Shown here: piece after piece, positions 20,303 to 31,085 of the stretch
Layout: every line of letters starts with the position of its first letter
Position numbering within the stretch: the first letter of the stretch is position 1
Assembly: GCA_963701855.1 (NCBI GenBank)
Contig: CAVPBK010000006.1
Location: 1,280,001-1,344,000, forward strand
DNA: 64,000 nucleotides
From: Nitrospirota bacterium
GTDB taxonomy: Bacteria > Nitrospirota > Nitrospiria > Nitrospirales > Nitrospiraceae
Direction: 5' to 3'
Position numbers and translations under genes: made by a program
Notes under the pieces: generated by a model
Databases searched by the model: none
The model's input: the letters and a program-made list of their open reading frames with translations, nothing else
What the model was told of the DNA's origin: nothing

Positions 20303-20916
20303 GGAAGGTTTCAGTGAAACCAGGGATCCTATACCACCGTTACCTGATGACGGTTTTGACCGAGAAAGCAACGGTCGATCAGAACTTCAAAGGCTCATTC
20401 GCTGTGGGCGTCGCGCGTGCGGACTCGGTTACTGGTCCACTTCGAGCTGTCGCTTCTTTGTATAGAGAAACCGGGCGAGCTCGTACTCGAACGGCGATCC
20501 TGTCCGGTAGCACTGGAACGGAATGTTGTGGCGGGTGTCCGTCTCGTTTCCTCCGGTGTCACCCTCTTCCGGACTGCAGTCACTTGATCAGCTTTGCGAA
20601 ACGCGATGCTCATTGATGGGATCGTCGTTACGTTGGGTATACGGAGAAGGTGGGAAGCTAGTGAATCCCCAGGGCATTGTGAATTTTCAGACCCGGGCTG
20701 CTCTCAACACACCTGACTCGGTGTCTTTGAAACCAGCAACGGCGCAGGCGGACTTTTTTAGCATCCTGTTACTGAACCGACCATCAAATAGTGCGTAGTC
20801 TACTTTTGAAAATCCGCTGTTTCCACGGGAAAATTCACCTTACGAGAAAAGTTGTACGCGCACACTTTGAGGGTCTGATCAGTAACGCAGCGATCGCCGA
20901 CGCTATCGATCAGAGA

Positions 20917-22527
20917 TTACTCAGGTTGCACGGGTGGCTGGAGCGGAGCAGATGGATCTACGGTATTTGGAAGGGGGCGGGGAGTTCCATTCGGGCGTTC
21001 AAGTTTTTCTAAGACCTCTTGTTTGAGCCTCGTGGGTTCTTCAATCCGACCTTCGCGCTGGAGAGTCCCCATGTCCGCTGACTTACGGGCATTCAACTCC
21101 ACTATGTCAGCCTCATCTCTGATTAAGGATGGGGTCAGAAACACTAGCAGGCTAAGCTTGTCGGCTTGTTTGGATTGGGTTTTGAAGAGCCAACCTAAGA
21201 ATGGAATATCTCCAAGTAAAGGGACTTTACTTTCAGTGAGGATGATGTTGTCCGACACAAGCCCGCCGACGACGATTGTCTGTTGATCTTTCGCAATGGT
21301 GGTCGTCTCCATCGACCGTTTGGTCAAGGTGGGTCCGACCGGGACGCTGGCCGTCCCGGTCCCGATCGTTTGTGCGACACTCGTCGCAATCGCGGTGATC
21401 TCCTGCTTGATTTCTAATCGGATCAGATCATTCTCCAGGACCTGTGGAGTGATTTCCAGTGTGACGCCGACATCCTTTCGTTCGATCGTAACTAGGGTAC
21501 CACCCGTGATTCCCTGGGCCTGACCCGTGGGGAACGGAACATTTGAACCCACGACGATCTTGGCCTTTTGGTTATCTGCGGCGAGTACTTGAGGTGTCGA
21601 GAGGACGTTGGTATCTGTCAAGCTCATCAACAATTGTAAGAATGCGCGCACGTTGATCGTGTTCAGGATCGATACTCCTCCACTTGCCGCAGCGCCCGCA
21701 GCGCCCACAGCGACCCCACTAATGGACTGCGCGAGGCTTTGCAAATTTTCCGGTGTGTTGTTGAATCCGACAATGCCTCGCGCTGAACCGGCGCTGCCCG
21801 CGGCCAAAACCTGAAGAGGGTCGCTCCCGATCTGTCGGAGCCGGCTGAGCTGCACCTCCAAGATGACTGCTTCGACAAAGACCTGCTTTCGGCGCGAATC
21901 CAAGCCTTGAATGACGGACTGCAATTTGGTGTAGGCGCTTTTGGTCGAACTGATGATGATCGAGTTCGTGGCCTTGTCCGCGAAGACCTGGACAGGGGCT
22001 TCGAATTCGCTCAAGGGCCTAAATAGTGGTCGTGTGCCCGGTGCAGCCTGTGCCACAGTCTGAGACCGGGCAACGAGATTGGTCAGGATGGCGGCAAGAT
22101 CAGTGGCATTGGCGTTTTTGAGTTTGTAGACAAATACCCCTCGTTCTGGAGGAAGGTCTCCCATCGCCACGATTTGATGAACATTGCCCTTCGAAATGAC
22201 CGCGAGACGACTCACTTCGAGCGCCGCCAAGAACATGCTGTACGCTTGGTCGTGCGTGACCTTGGTGGGGGAATACACGCTGATTTTCCCACCGGCCTTC
22301 TTGACGACATCGTCTAAGACAAAGTTCTTACCGGTCAACTCGCTGATAAATCGAACAAAAACAGAGAGTTCGACATCGTTGAAGTCGAGGGAAACGCGGC
22401 TGGATACGTTTCCTGAAGATTCAGCTCGCGGGGCGAGAGGAAGCAGCAGGCCACTCAGCATTGCCAGCAGACAGACGAGAGAGGCCTGTCTGATCCAGCG
22501 CAATTGTTCGTAAGAGAAAAAACCCAT
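20917..22527 (-). CDS. Secretin, GspD/PulD-like (short)
   Basis: N0 SLDFNDVELSVFVRFISELTGKNFVLD, YKLKNANA, QVFVEAVILEV, KVPLLGDIPFLGWLFK. Confidence 0.92.
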   Translation of the reverse strand: MGFFSYEQLRWIRQASLVCLLAMLSGLLLPLAPRAESSGNVSSRVSLDFNDVELSVFVRFISELTGKNFVLDDVVKKAGGKISVYSPTKVTHDQAYSMFLAALEVSRLAVISKGNVHQIVAMGDLPPERGVFVYKLKNANATDLAAILTNLVARSQTVAQAAPGTRPLFRPLSEFEAPVQVFADKATNSIIISSTKSAYTKLQSVIQGLDSRRKQVFVEAVILEVQLSRLRQIGSDPLQVLAAGSAGSARGIVGFNNTPENLQSLAQSISGVAVGAAGAAASGGVSILNTINVRAFLQLLMSLTDTNVLSTPQVLAADNQKAKIVVGSNVPFPTGQAQGITGGTLVTIERKDVGVTLEITPQVLENDLIRLEIKQEITAIATSVAQTIGTGTASVPVGPTLTKRSMETTTIAKDQQTIVVGGLVSDNIILTESKVPLLGDIPFLGWLFKTQSKQADKLSLLVFLTPSLIRDEADIVELNARKSADMGTLQREGRIEEPTRLKQEVLEKLERPNGTPRPLPNTVDPSAPLQPPVQPE

Positions 22528-22843
22528 GACTCTTAAATAAAATTAAGTGGAGAGACTGGTCATCCATCGGACCAGGTCGAGTATGAAAATAAAAACGGGG
22601 AACAAATGACGGTACCATAAGGCTTGTCATTGGCACAACCAACCAGCGTATCTGATGCATGAGCGTTGCTGCTGCAATTGCCGAGCAGCAACAGATTTTT
22701 GCGATTAGACGGTCGGACTTGCTGCTTGGTTGCTCGAAATCCTGCGTAGGGGTTCTCCCCCTCCCTCCCATGCCCACGCAACTCTGGCTCTGGCTTCGTG
22801 GGCTCTCACAGAAAGGGCCAGCCCATTTACTTGGAGTCTTTCC

Positions 22844-23018
22844 CTGGCCTACATTATTCATGAGCGTTTCTGCTGCAATCGCTGATCCGCTGCTACGAAG
22901 AGCCTACGGCCAGTGGGCTTGTTCCTCGAATCCTCAACGTACTGTACGAGTACGCCTCGGGGCTTCAGATCTCCACGCGCTGGTTTCGCGACGAACCGTG
23001 ATGAACAATGCGGATTAG
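22844..23018. mobile_element. 175-bp miniature inverted-repeat element, family A
   Basis: Ends CTGGCCTACATTATTCATGA / TGATGAACAATGCGGATTAG; collinear with 48369-48543. Confidence 0.8.
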
Positions 23019-23159
23019 TCGCTCCGGGAAAATGTTCTCCCAGCGGCGGTTCTTGACGGGCTTGTTCATTTTTGAAAAATCATAGAGGGGAAGAAGGAGG
23101 AGTGGATTATCCAACACCTTAATAATCAAGGATATTCAAGCCCCCTATGAAGACCATGA

Positions 23160-23175
23160 TGGCACTAGGATTGCA
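23160..23175 (+). promoter_or_regulatory. sigma54 promoter
   Basis: TGGCAC-TAGGA-TTGCA, full consensus, 118 nt upstream of ORF 23294. Confidence 0.75.
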
Positions 23176-23293
23176 GTTCTCGGTCCAGTTTGCCTCCCCG
23201 TAAGATCGTGGGAAACCGAACGGAAGCCAAAACTGTTGCAAAGTGGCTAGGGGAGCTACTTCGCATCTTTCAATGATCTGCTAAGGTTGTAGC

Positions 23294-26200
23294 GTGCGGA
23301 CCGACAAGAAACCCCCTCAAAAAACTGTCAAAAAGACTTCTTCCCGAGTTCATAGTCGGGGTGTGGTCGGCTACAGCAAGAAAAGCGCGCTTCTGGAAGA
23401 GGCCATCACCCACATGAACGCCGGCAAGTACGGCCGGTCGTCCGCCTCGTTGAAAGAGCTGCTCTCACTTGATCCTCACAACACGGAAGCCCGACGGCTC
23501 TTTGCCACGCTACATCTGCGATTAGGCAGCCTTGTCACGGCTCGGCAAGCGTTTGAGTCCCTCGCCAATGAAGCGATCGAGCGACAAGATTTATGGCTAG
23601 CCGAATCCTTGCTGCGCGAATACTTGGTTGCCGGACCCCGTTGTGTCCCGTTCCTCGAGCTCTTGGCACATGTGTATGAGGAAAAGGGGGATGTCATGGC
23701 TGCGGTGGATGAATTGGGCAAGGCCATCGGCATTCTTATCGAGGATATAGACCCTGAAAATCCCACGAAGCCCTCTCGGCTCTACGCCAAGGTAAGAGAG
23801 CTTGCTCCGGCAAGCCCTGCAGCCTTTCAGTTTGCCTCTCAATTTGACATACAAACAGGCGAGCTACTTGTGTCACCTCCGCTGGATACTGCCGATGTGG
23901 CGTCATCGAAAGTCGATGCCTCACACCCCCAGAGCGAAATCCTCGCCACCATTGAAGAAGCTAGGTCTTCTGATGCGATGCCGTGGGAACAGCTTGATGA
24001 GGCCCCCACGAATCAGGAAACTCCGCCACCCACTTCATCGAATCCCGTCATCGAATCGCTCGACGTTCCGGATGCTTTAATAGGTTCGGTGCCGGTCAGT
24101 TTGTCTCGACAGGAATTGGAGGTTCCATCGTCCGAATCTACAGGGCTTATCCAGGAGGCTAATTGCCTCAATCCGGGGGTGGCACCGTCGATATTGGCTG
24201 AGCCGCCGTTTCAGTTGAGTGGACATCGTGATGACGAGATGAGGGATCCGATCGTCGAACGTTCGCCCTTTGTGGAGGAGGGGCCTACTCCTAACTCTTC
24301 AGAGGAGCATCCTGGGGATGTCGAGAAAGTCAGCGTCTCTTCCGTCGAATCGCCGGGACTATCTGCTCCCATGCCCTGGGAGCAGATAGAGAACTCCACT
24401 ATCAGGATTGAGGAAACGGCCTTGTTAGCTCAATCGGAGGGAGCACCCAGGTTGGGTGCTGAATCCGTTCTTGTCCCGCCCACTACCACTCAGCCTGAAT
24501 CTCTATCGGATCAGTTGTCGAGTCCATCTCCTGTGCCAGACCTAGCAGAACCTAGCGAGTCGATTTTCGCGGCAGAGCCGTCGACGATTCCCGCGGTACT
24601 TCCAGAGACCGAAGTTCCGCCCCAGTCTGCCACCACACAGCTCGAATCTGCATCAGATCAGTTGTCGAGTCCTGTACCTGTGTCGGATTTGACAGAGCCT
24701 AATGAGTCGATTTTCGCGGCGGAGCCGTCAGCGATTCCTGCGGTAATCCCAGATCCAGAAGTCTCGCCTCCGTCCTCCGCCGATTCCACGCCCACGGTCC
24801 CATTCTCATGGAGCACCGTATTCGACGGCGCATGGAAGTTTGCCGCAGAAACTTTATCATCGAATTCGCCTGCCGCACCCTCCACGTCTGGTACAAGCTT
24901 ACAGGATGCGAGGGAATTAGAGTCAGTTCGACAAGAATCCGTGCCAGACTCAGAGGCCTCTTCACTATCAATTGGGCCAACCCCAGAACCGTCTATCGCT
25001 TTCAGCGATCCCGAGCCGTTGCCATCTGCTTATCCCTCAATATTAAATCAAGTGAGTGGATCGATTGCAGAAACACCCGGGATCAGAGAGTCAGATTTGC
25101 CACAGCCAATTGAGGCTCTTCTTTTGGAAGAATCCTTGCGGCCAGAGGAGCCACCAATTTTTCCGAGTGATGCCCCGAGCTCCTTCAAGGTAGACCTTCC
25201 GATGCCGCTTCTGCCGGAACCGGTCGAGTCCGCTCGTGAACCCGAACCAGTTTCAACTTCCTCTTATATGATGCCGCCCGTGGCGCTAGCTCAAGAAGCT
25301 CCCGCTCCAGAGCCTTCGTGTTCAGCGGCGATTTCGGAGGTACCACCTGAACCGGTTTCAACAGAGCATCATGAAAAACCCAGCACACTGTTCCAGGCCG
25401 CTGCGGCTCCTCCGCTCTTCGCAGCGCCAAGTGATGCACCGTCGGTATCTCCCGCCTCGATGGATATAATGTCGCGTTGGAGCACTGGCGAAGTCGAGGT
25501 TCAGCCACATCGTCCGTCTGAAAAGAAGCGAAACTGGGACAAGGAGAAGGGGGAGACACCAATCGATCCAGAGGTTCCGGTACCGCTGGTTGAGGAATCT
25601 TCTACAACGGTCGCCGAGTTATCGCGTAGTGGCGGATGGGAGTCGGCACTCCCGGAGGTGACAGCTCCTGTCGTTGAAGCGGTAGTCCCCGTCGTGGAAC
25701 AGGTTGTTCTTCAGGAAGATACGAAACCGGAATGGGTTCGGGCGAGTGAATCGATCTCGTTTGTGAATACTCCTTCGCCGTCTTCCGAGACGTGGCAGGA
25801 TTCCGGCGTTGAAGCCACTCACTCGAAGCTAGAACCTGCGCTCTCGGCCGCTGCATCGGCCGTTGATGTTCTTTTTGACTCAACGGGAGAGAAAAGGTCG
25901 GTTTCTACGCGGGACCGTGTGGTATCGCCAAGACCGCGCCCTCGGCTTGCCGCCAGAGTGGCGCGGGTCCGCATTGGCCTCTCGTCGTTTATCGGGTCTT
26001 GTTTTTCGACGACGCGATCGATTGTGTTGTTGTGTGCGGGGTTGGCGCTCTCTTGTGTTGTACTGGTGGCGATCGTCATCGGGGCGATTGGATTAGCCTG
26101 GATGGCGATGGAAGCTCCTCCGTCACCGGTCTATCAAAGCATGATAGCAAGTCCTCCACAGGTACTCACCGCTTCAACAAAAAACGGGTATTTCTTGCTA

Positions 26201-27400
26201 CTCGGCTTCGATGTTCCCGGGGAGCAGGATCCGCTCCAAGCGGGTTACGATCGCAAAGCGGAAGGAAGCGATCTTCAAGCTGCAAACGCCTGTATGCTCG
26301 GTGATGAGGGGAAAAGGACGACGACAGGGGCCTCTGCCAATGTGGTCAGTGGATGGTTCTCCGGTGCCGACCCAATGGCACAGCTGAAGCCGCAGGCTGC
26401 ATCGGTACGATCATGGGTGGCTCAAGAATCGCTCGCCCTCAAGCGTTACCAGCAGTGGCTGTCGATGTCGTTTGAAGATGCAGGCTACGGGAAAATCCTG
26501 AGTCCGAACTGTGCCCATATATTGCTGGCCCATCGATTATACCTGGCAGAAGGGTTTGCACAGGATCTCAGCACCGGTCTCGGACGTCTTGAGAACGATA
26601 TGAGGTCCTGGCGCACGGTGTTAGGCCAGTCGAAGACGTTGATGGTGAAGATGCTGGCAGCAACGGCAGTGCAGGACAATGCCGCAATCGTATCCGGGCT
26701 CATAACCAGTCAGGATCTTGATGAGACAGCGATCGGTCAACTTGGCAAGATCGTTCGCCCTCTGGATCAAGTTGAGTTGTCACTCCGATGGCCGATGCAA
26801 AGCCATCTTGTGTGGGGGACGAAGGCCGTGACGAATAGCCTGAAGAACGACAAGACCAACGAGCGTCCTCTGTACGTTTCCCTTGCGGCGGCAATGCCCC
26901 TTCCCGTGCAGCGGCGATCCAATGCCTATGCCGACTATTACGAGGCCGCGAGCAAAGCGGTAGCGGAAGGACGATACACCAACTTGCCGAAACCGTCTAG
27001 TTTCATTAGGACTCCCGCCATCAGCGTGGTGGACTACGTGGCGAATCCGATCGAGCATATCATCGGAATTGAGCCACTCCCCTCATGGGATCCCTATGTC
27101 GGGCGAACGGTGGAGACTGATGCGCGGCTTCGTCTGGTGAGCCTGCAAGTCTGGGTCAGACGAGGAGCTCAAGAGGAAAATCTGCTCACGCGCCTCGCAA
27201 AGGCAGGACAGGCCCACTACGATCCCTTTACCGGTCTTCCCATGCTGGTCAATCAGCAGAAGGGTGTGATGTATAGTGTCGGGCAAGACGGCACAGATCA
27301 GGAAGGTGATTCCTTGCGCGATGTCGTCGCAGCCATTCCCAAGACTCCATCGCCGGCAATTGAGAGCAGCCGCTCCGCAACCCCGCCCCGGTCCAAGTAA
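23294..27400 (+). CDS. Large TPR + acidic Pro/Ser/Glu linker + single TM + periplasmic helical domain protein
   Basis: TPR-like helices in aa ~30-180, long low-complexity linker, TM IVLLCAGLALSCVVLVAIVIGAIGLAW, C-terminal DPFTG...YSVGQDGTD. Confidence 0.85.
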   Translation: MRTDKKPPQKTVKKTSSRVHSRGVVGYSKKSALLEEAITHMNAGKYGRSSASLKELLSLDPHNTEARRLFATLHLRLGSLVTARQAFESLANEAIERQDLWLAESLLREYLVAGPRCVPFLELLAHVYEEKGDVMAAVDELGKAIGILIEDIDPENPTKPSRLYAKVRELAPASPAAFQFASQFDIQTGELLVSPPLDTADVASSKVDASHPQSEILATIEEARSSDAMPWEQLDEAPTNQETPPPTSSNPVIESLDVPDALIGSVPVSLSRQELEVPSSESTGLIQEANCLNPGVAPSILAEPPFQLSGHRDDEMRDPIVERSPFVEEGPTPNSSEEHPGDVEKVSVSSVESPGLSAPMPWEQIENSTIRIEETALLAQSEGAPRLGAESVLVPPTTTQPESLSDQLSSPSPVPDLAEPSESIFAAEPSTIPAVLPETEVPPQSATTQLESASDQLSSPVPVSDLTEPNESIFAAEPSAIPAVIPDPEVSPPSSADSTPTVPFSWSTVFDGAWKFAAETLSSNSPAAPSTSGTSLQDARELESVRQESVPDSEASSLSIGPTPEPSIAFSDPEPLPSAYPSILNQVSGSIAETPGIRESDLPQPIEALLLEESLRPEEPPIFPSDAPSSFKVDLPMPLLPEPVESAREPEPVSTSSYMMPPVALAQEAPAPEPSCSAAISEVPPEPVSTEHHEKPSTLFQAAAAPPLFAAPSDAPSVSPASMDIMSRWSTGEVEVQPHRPSEKKRNWDKEKGETPIDPEVPVPLVEESSTTVAELSRSGGWESALPEVTAPVVEAVVPVVEQVVLQEDTKPEWVRASESISFVNTPSPSSETWQDSGVEATHSKLEPALSAAASAVDVLFDSTGEKRSVSTRDRVVSPRPRPRLAARVARVRIGLSSFIGSCFSTTRSIVLLCAGLALSCVVLVAIVIGAIGLAWMAMEAPPSPVYQSMIASPPQVLTASTKNGYFLLLGFDVPGEQDPLQAGYDRKAEGSDLQAANACMLGDEGKRTTTGASANVVSGWFSGADPMAQLKPQAASVRSWVAQESLALKRYQQWLSMSFEDAGYGKILSPNCAHILLAHRLYLAEGFAQDLSTGLGRLENDMRSWRTVLGQSKTLMVKMLAATAVQDNAAIVSGLITSQDLDETAIGQLGKIVRPLDQVELSLRWPMQSHLVWGTKAVTNSLKNDKTNERPLYVSLAAAMPLPVQRRSNAYADYYEAASKAVAEGRYTNLPKPSSFIRTPAISVVDYVANPIEHIIGIEPLPSWDPYVGRTVETDARLRLVSLQVWVRRGAQEENLLTRLAKAGQAHYDPFTGLPMLVNQQKGVMYSVGQDGTDQEGDSLRDVVAAIPKTPSPAIESSRSATPPRSK
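24482..24775 (+). repeat. 147-bp (49-aa) tandem duplication within the linker
   Basis: GATCAGTTGTCGAGTCC at 24509 and 24656; SDQLSSP...ESIFAAEPS twice. Confidence 0.9.
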
Positions 27401-27460
27401 TACATCAAGCCCTCATTCCCGCAGTCAAAGATTTCCGACTACGTCACCCGCGTTGATTGC

Positions 27461-27489
27461 TTGACACTGCCGACCGTATTCCACAGAAT
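27461..27489 (+). promoter_or_regulatory. sigma70 promoter
   Basis: TTGACA-17-CAGAAT upstream of 27520. Confidence 0.55.
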
Positions 27490-27519
27490 CACGGCACACC
27501 GTTCACCTGAATAGGCACC

Positions 27520-29001
27520 ATGGCGTTCCCACCATCACCATTTCCACACCTTCCCTCGGCGAAGAAAGGGACCACATTTCATTCCGCCATTCCGACGCAG
27601 ATCGTATCAAACGAAGAATTTACTCCCTTCAGCCAGACGGCAGACCAAGCCTGCGTTGAAGCGCATGCCATTACGCTTCTGGAACGAACCGCAGCTCGAC
27701 GAGGTCTCACGCGTCGAGACTTTCTCAGGACGACCGGCGGGATGGCAGCCGCGTTGCTGGCCATGAACTCGATCTTTGGGAAGTTCTTCGACATTGGAGA
27801 GATCGAACTGTTTGAAACGGCAGCCTTTGCCGAGCAGCAGGGCACTCCCTACTTCATCTTCGATGTGCAGACGCATTACGTCGGTTCGCACTTCGATCTG
27901 ACCAATGCGGAAAACAATCGAAAGGGCGCGGTATCCAAGCAGGGACTGCTGTCGCTCAGACGATGGATACGGGAATCAGGACTCAACCCAAAGCTTGCGG
28001 GCGATCGGGGCACCATCGACGATCTTTCGTGGGAGAATTTTGTGAAAGAAGTGTTTCTCGACAGTGAAACCACCATCGGCCTCATCAGCACACCGCCGGG
28101 GCCCTATCCGCAAGAAGCGGTCGTGCCTCCGAACGAGATGGCCCACATCCGCGACGAGGTCAATCGCCTTGCGCGGTCCCAGCGAATGCTCGCGCATGGA
28201 TTAGCCACGCCCCAACTGGGCGCGGCCGATTTGGATTTCATGGCGATGCAGGCGGAGACGCTCAAGGTTGATGCGTGGAAGTGTTACACCGGCTCTTGCC
28301 CGAAGGGATTCGATCGTGGCTGGTGGATGGACGATGAACGGATCGCCTATCCGATGTTGGAGCAGGCACGTAAGCTCAACGTGAAGCGTGTTTGCGTTCA
28401 CAAAGGACTTCCCCTTGGGCCCGTGCCGGACTACAACCACCCCAAGGATTTGATCAAGGCCGCAAGAGATTTTCCGGACATCGATTTCCTGGTCTATCAC
28501 GCGGGGCTCAAGAGCACCGCGATGGTTGATACAGTGTTTACAAGGACAGGTGAAATTCCCTGGACCACCGAGTTCTGCCGCATGAAGCAGGCGCAACCCG
28601 GAATCAAGAACATCTACATGGAACTCGGTTCCACCTTTGCGCAGCTCGTCACGACCCATCCGACAGTCTGCGCACATGTACTTGGGCAGATCATCGACGC
28701 GTTCGGCGTCGATCACGTGCTCTGGGGAACAGACTCGATTTGGTATGGTTCCCCGCAATGGCAGATTGAAGCCTTTCGGCGGTTCCAGATTCCTGATCGG
28801 CTGATCGAGCAGCATCGATATCAACCACTCACGCGCCAGGTGAAGGAACAGGTTTTTGGACTGAATGCGGCGCGAGTGTTTGGCGTCGATGCCAAGGCGA
28901 AGCGGAATGAGTTGTCTCTAGATGTGCTCGGACAACTCAGAATGAGTTATCTGGAAGAAGGACCGGAGCCGAGCCACAGAGCCTACGGATGGGTGGTGTG
29001 A
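27520..29001 (+). CDS. Amidohydrolase family protein (amidohydro_2-like)
   Basis: FDVQTH, CVHKG, VYHAG, WGTDSIWYGSPQWQI; internal TRRDFLR. Confidence 0.88.
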   Translation: MAFPPSPFPHLPSAKKGTTFHSAIPTQIVSNEEFTPFSQTADQACVEAHAITLLERTAARRGLTRRDFLRTTGGMAAALLAMNSIFGKFFDIGEIELFETAAFAEQQGTPYFIFDVQTHYVGSHFDLTNAENNRKGAVSKQGLLSLRRWIRESGLNPKLAGDRGTIDDLSWENFVKEVFLDSETTIGLISTPPGPYPQEAVVPPNEMAHIRDEVNRLARSQRMLAHGLATPQLGAADLDFMAMQAETLKVDAWKCYTGSCPKGFDRGWWMDDERIAYPMLEQARKLNVKRVCVHKGLPLGPVPDYNHPKDLIKAARDFPDIDFLVYHAGLKSTAMVDTVFTRTGEIPWTTEFCRMKQAQPGIKNIYMELGSTFAQLVTTHPTVCAHVLGQIIDAFGVDHVLWGTDSIWYGSPQWQIEAFRRFQIPDRLIEQHRYQPLTRQVKEQVFGLNAARVFGVDAKAKRNELSLDVLGQLRMSYLEEGPEPSHRAYGWVV

Positions 29002-29034
29002 GAGCCGGTATAAATAGATGGAGGACGTGACGAC

Positions 29035-29718
29035 ATGAAAAGCGAAATCTTATATCCAGGTGCGTTCCCGATGGTGCGGGTGGAATTGGCTGCTGGTGAG
29101 AACATCAAAGCTGAGTCTGGCGCGATGGTGGCGTGTTCACCGACCATCGACATTGAAAGTAAGATGGAAGGCGGCTTTCTAGGAGCCCTGTCGCGGAAGT
29201 TTCTGACGGGGGAGAAGTTCTTCTTCCAGACGCTCCGCGCCAGCCGAGGCCCCGGTGAAGCATTGCTGGCTCCAACGGTGCCCGGAGAAATTGTCATCTT
29301 GGAACTCGATGGTGTGAACGACTACATGGTGCAGAAAGATGGCTTCCTCGCAGGCGCCGACGGGATCGTCATCGAAAACAAGATGCAGGGCCTGAGCCGT
29401 GGATTGCTAGGCGGAGAGGGCTTCTTCATTCTGAATATCAGCGGCAAGGGAACGCTCGTTCTGAATAGCTTCGGGGCCATTCACAAGATCGAGTTGAAGC
29501 CCAATCAGGAATACATCGTGGACAATAGCCATCTGGTAGCCTGGTCCTCCACGACCTCGTACAACATCGAAAAAGCCACCTCCGGCTGGGTGGCTAGTTT
29601 CACCTCAGGCGAAGGATTTGTCTGTCGGTTCCGAGGGCCAGGACTCGTCTACATTCAAAGCCGGAACCCAGGCAGTTTTGGAGCGTGGATCAGGCAATTC
29701 ATCCCAGTCTCCGAGTAG
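29035..29718 (+). CDS. TIGR00266/AIM24 family protein
   Basis: AESGAM, GEKFF, GGEGFF, VDNSHLVAW, SGEGFVCRFRGPG..IQSRN. Confidence 0.92.
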   Translation: MKSEILYPGAFPMVRVELAAGENIKAESGAMVACSPTIDIESKMEGGFLGALSRKFLTGEKFFFQTLRASRGPGEALLAPTVPGEIVILELDGVNDYMVQKDGFLAGADGIVIENKMQGLSRGLLGGEGFFILNISGKGTLVLNSFGAIHKIELKPNQEYIVDNSHLVAWSSTTSYNIEKATSGWVASFTSGEGFVCRFRGPGLVYIQSRNPGSFGAWIRQFIPVSE

Positions 29719-29931
29719 CGGATGCTGAAAATGCCTACGTTGTCACCCGCCCAACCCAGTCGCGCCAAGACGCTCCAGTTCCCAAGCTTCATTCTCGACT
29801 CGCAGGAAATCCTCAACGTACCCCATACGGATAAGGAGCTGTCTTGGCAGCTCGGGGAGGGAGGGTGGAAACTATCACGCCTCCGGTTTCTGCTCGCCCG
29901 CGGCCTTGTTCGCAGCCATTTTGAGCAGCCT
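29719..29931. mobile_element. Miniature inverted-repeat element, family B
   Basis: Ends CGGATGCTGAAAATG / CATTTTGAGCAGCCT; internal TCACCCGCCCAACCC shared with 62513-62768. Confidence 0.65.
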
Positions 29932-29942
29932 TATAACCCTAG

Positions 29943-31085
29943 ATGAGCACTATGACTCCCAATGCCCTTTGTTTCGGTGACGAGTTTCCCGCCGCCGGCG
30001 CGCCTTGTCTCGTTCAAGTTGAGGGGCATGGACTCACCGTTACTTTTGTATCTGATACCGCCGATGGCGAGCCAGAATCCGTTCCCTTTTCAAGCCTCAC
30101 CGTCTCGGCGGGGGGGCTGGATCATGACCAGCTTGTGGTGCAATGGACCGGGCAAAAGGGGGAACGGACGCTCTACCTAAAGAACCCCGATGTGATTCGG
30201 GCCTTCCGCCAGGCGGCGCCGGATCATTTGAGTCATTCTTTTGAACAGGCGGCGGAACGCGTCCGACAGGTGCGCCACCGGGGCCGGCTCGTCTGGAGTC
30301 TAGTCGGCGGGGTGCTTCTAGCCACAGTGCTGGGACTCTGGTTCGGGTCCGATCTACTCGTTGAGATTGCCGTAAGCCGGATCCCGGTGGAGTGGGAACA
30401 AAAACTGGGAGAATCAGCCTATCGGGATTTTCTCAGCCATCAGGAAGTGGTGAAAGAGGGTCCAGCGATCGCAGCGCTAAGAGAGATGACCCAACGTATG
30501 ACCGTGCAGATCCTGGATAATCCCTACAAGTTCGAAGTGACCGTGGTAAAGAGCGACATCGTCAACGCCTTCGCGCTGCCGGGCGGATATGTGGTGGTAT
30601 TCACCGGACTCATGAAGAAAGCAGAAAGCGGGGAAGAGGTGGCGGGGGTGCTGAGCCATGAACTGAATCATGTGCTACAGCGGCATGGGCTTGAACGGAT
30701 CGTAAAAAGTCTCGGGCTGATGACGGTGGCGGCCATTGTATTTGGAAATCAGCAGGGTCTCATTGGGATGATGAAGCAACTTGGTGTCGAACTGTTCACT
30801 CTCAAGTTCGGCAGGGAGCAGGAGACCGAGGCTGATCTTACAGGATTACAGTTGCTCCAACGGGCAAGGATCGACCCCTCCGGTATGATCACGTTTTTTG
30901 AACGACTCTCGGAGAGGGACGAAGGCCGGATGGAGTGGCTCTCCACGCATCCGATGAGCGCCGCCAGAGCCGATCGATTGAAAGCGGAACTTGCCGCCTT
31001 GCCGAAGAAATTGCCGGAGCCTTTTACCTTCGACTGGAAACAGGTGCAGGCTTCGCTCGGATCTCAACCGATTGTTGTTCCGTGA
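29943..31085 (+). CDS. M48 family metallopeptidase
   Basis: NAFALPGG, HELNH (HExxH), EQETEAD, STHP. Confidence 0.93.
   Translation: MSTMTPNALCFGDEFPAAGAPCLVQVEGHGLTVTFVSDTADGEPESVPFSSLTVSAGGLDHDQLVVQWTGQKGERTLYLKNPDVIRAFRQAAPDHLSHSFEQAAERVRQVRHRGRLVWSLVGGVLLATVLGLWFGSDLLVEIAVSRIPVEWEQKLGESAYRDFLSHQEVVKEGPAIAALREMTQRMTVQILDNPYKFEVTVVKSDIVNAFALPGGYVVVFTGLMKKAESGEEVAGVLSHELNHVLQRHGLERIVKSLGLMTVAAIVFGNQQGLIGMMKQLGVELFTLKFGREQETEADLTGLQLLQRARIDPSGMITFFERLSERDEGRMEWLSTHPMSAARADRLKAELAALPKKLPEPFTFDWKQVQASLGSQPIVVP

Noticed and set aside
20336..20375. Hammerhead-like CTGATGA-CGGT/ACCG-AGAAA
   Set aside because: Extra A before GAAA; flanks pair with each other, leaving no third stem or cleavage triplet
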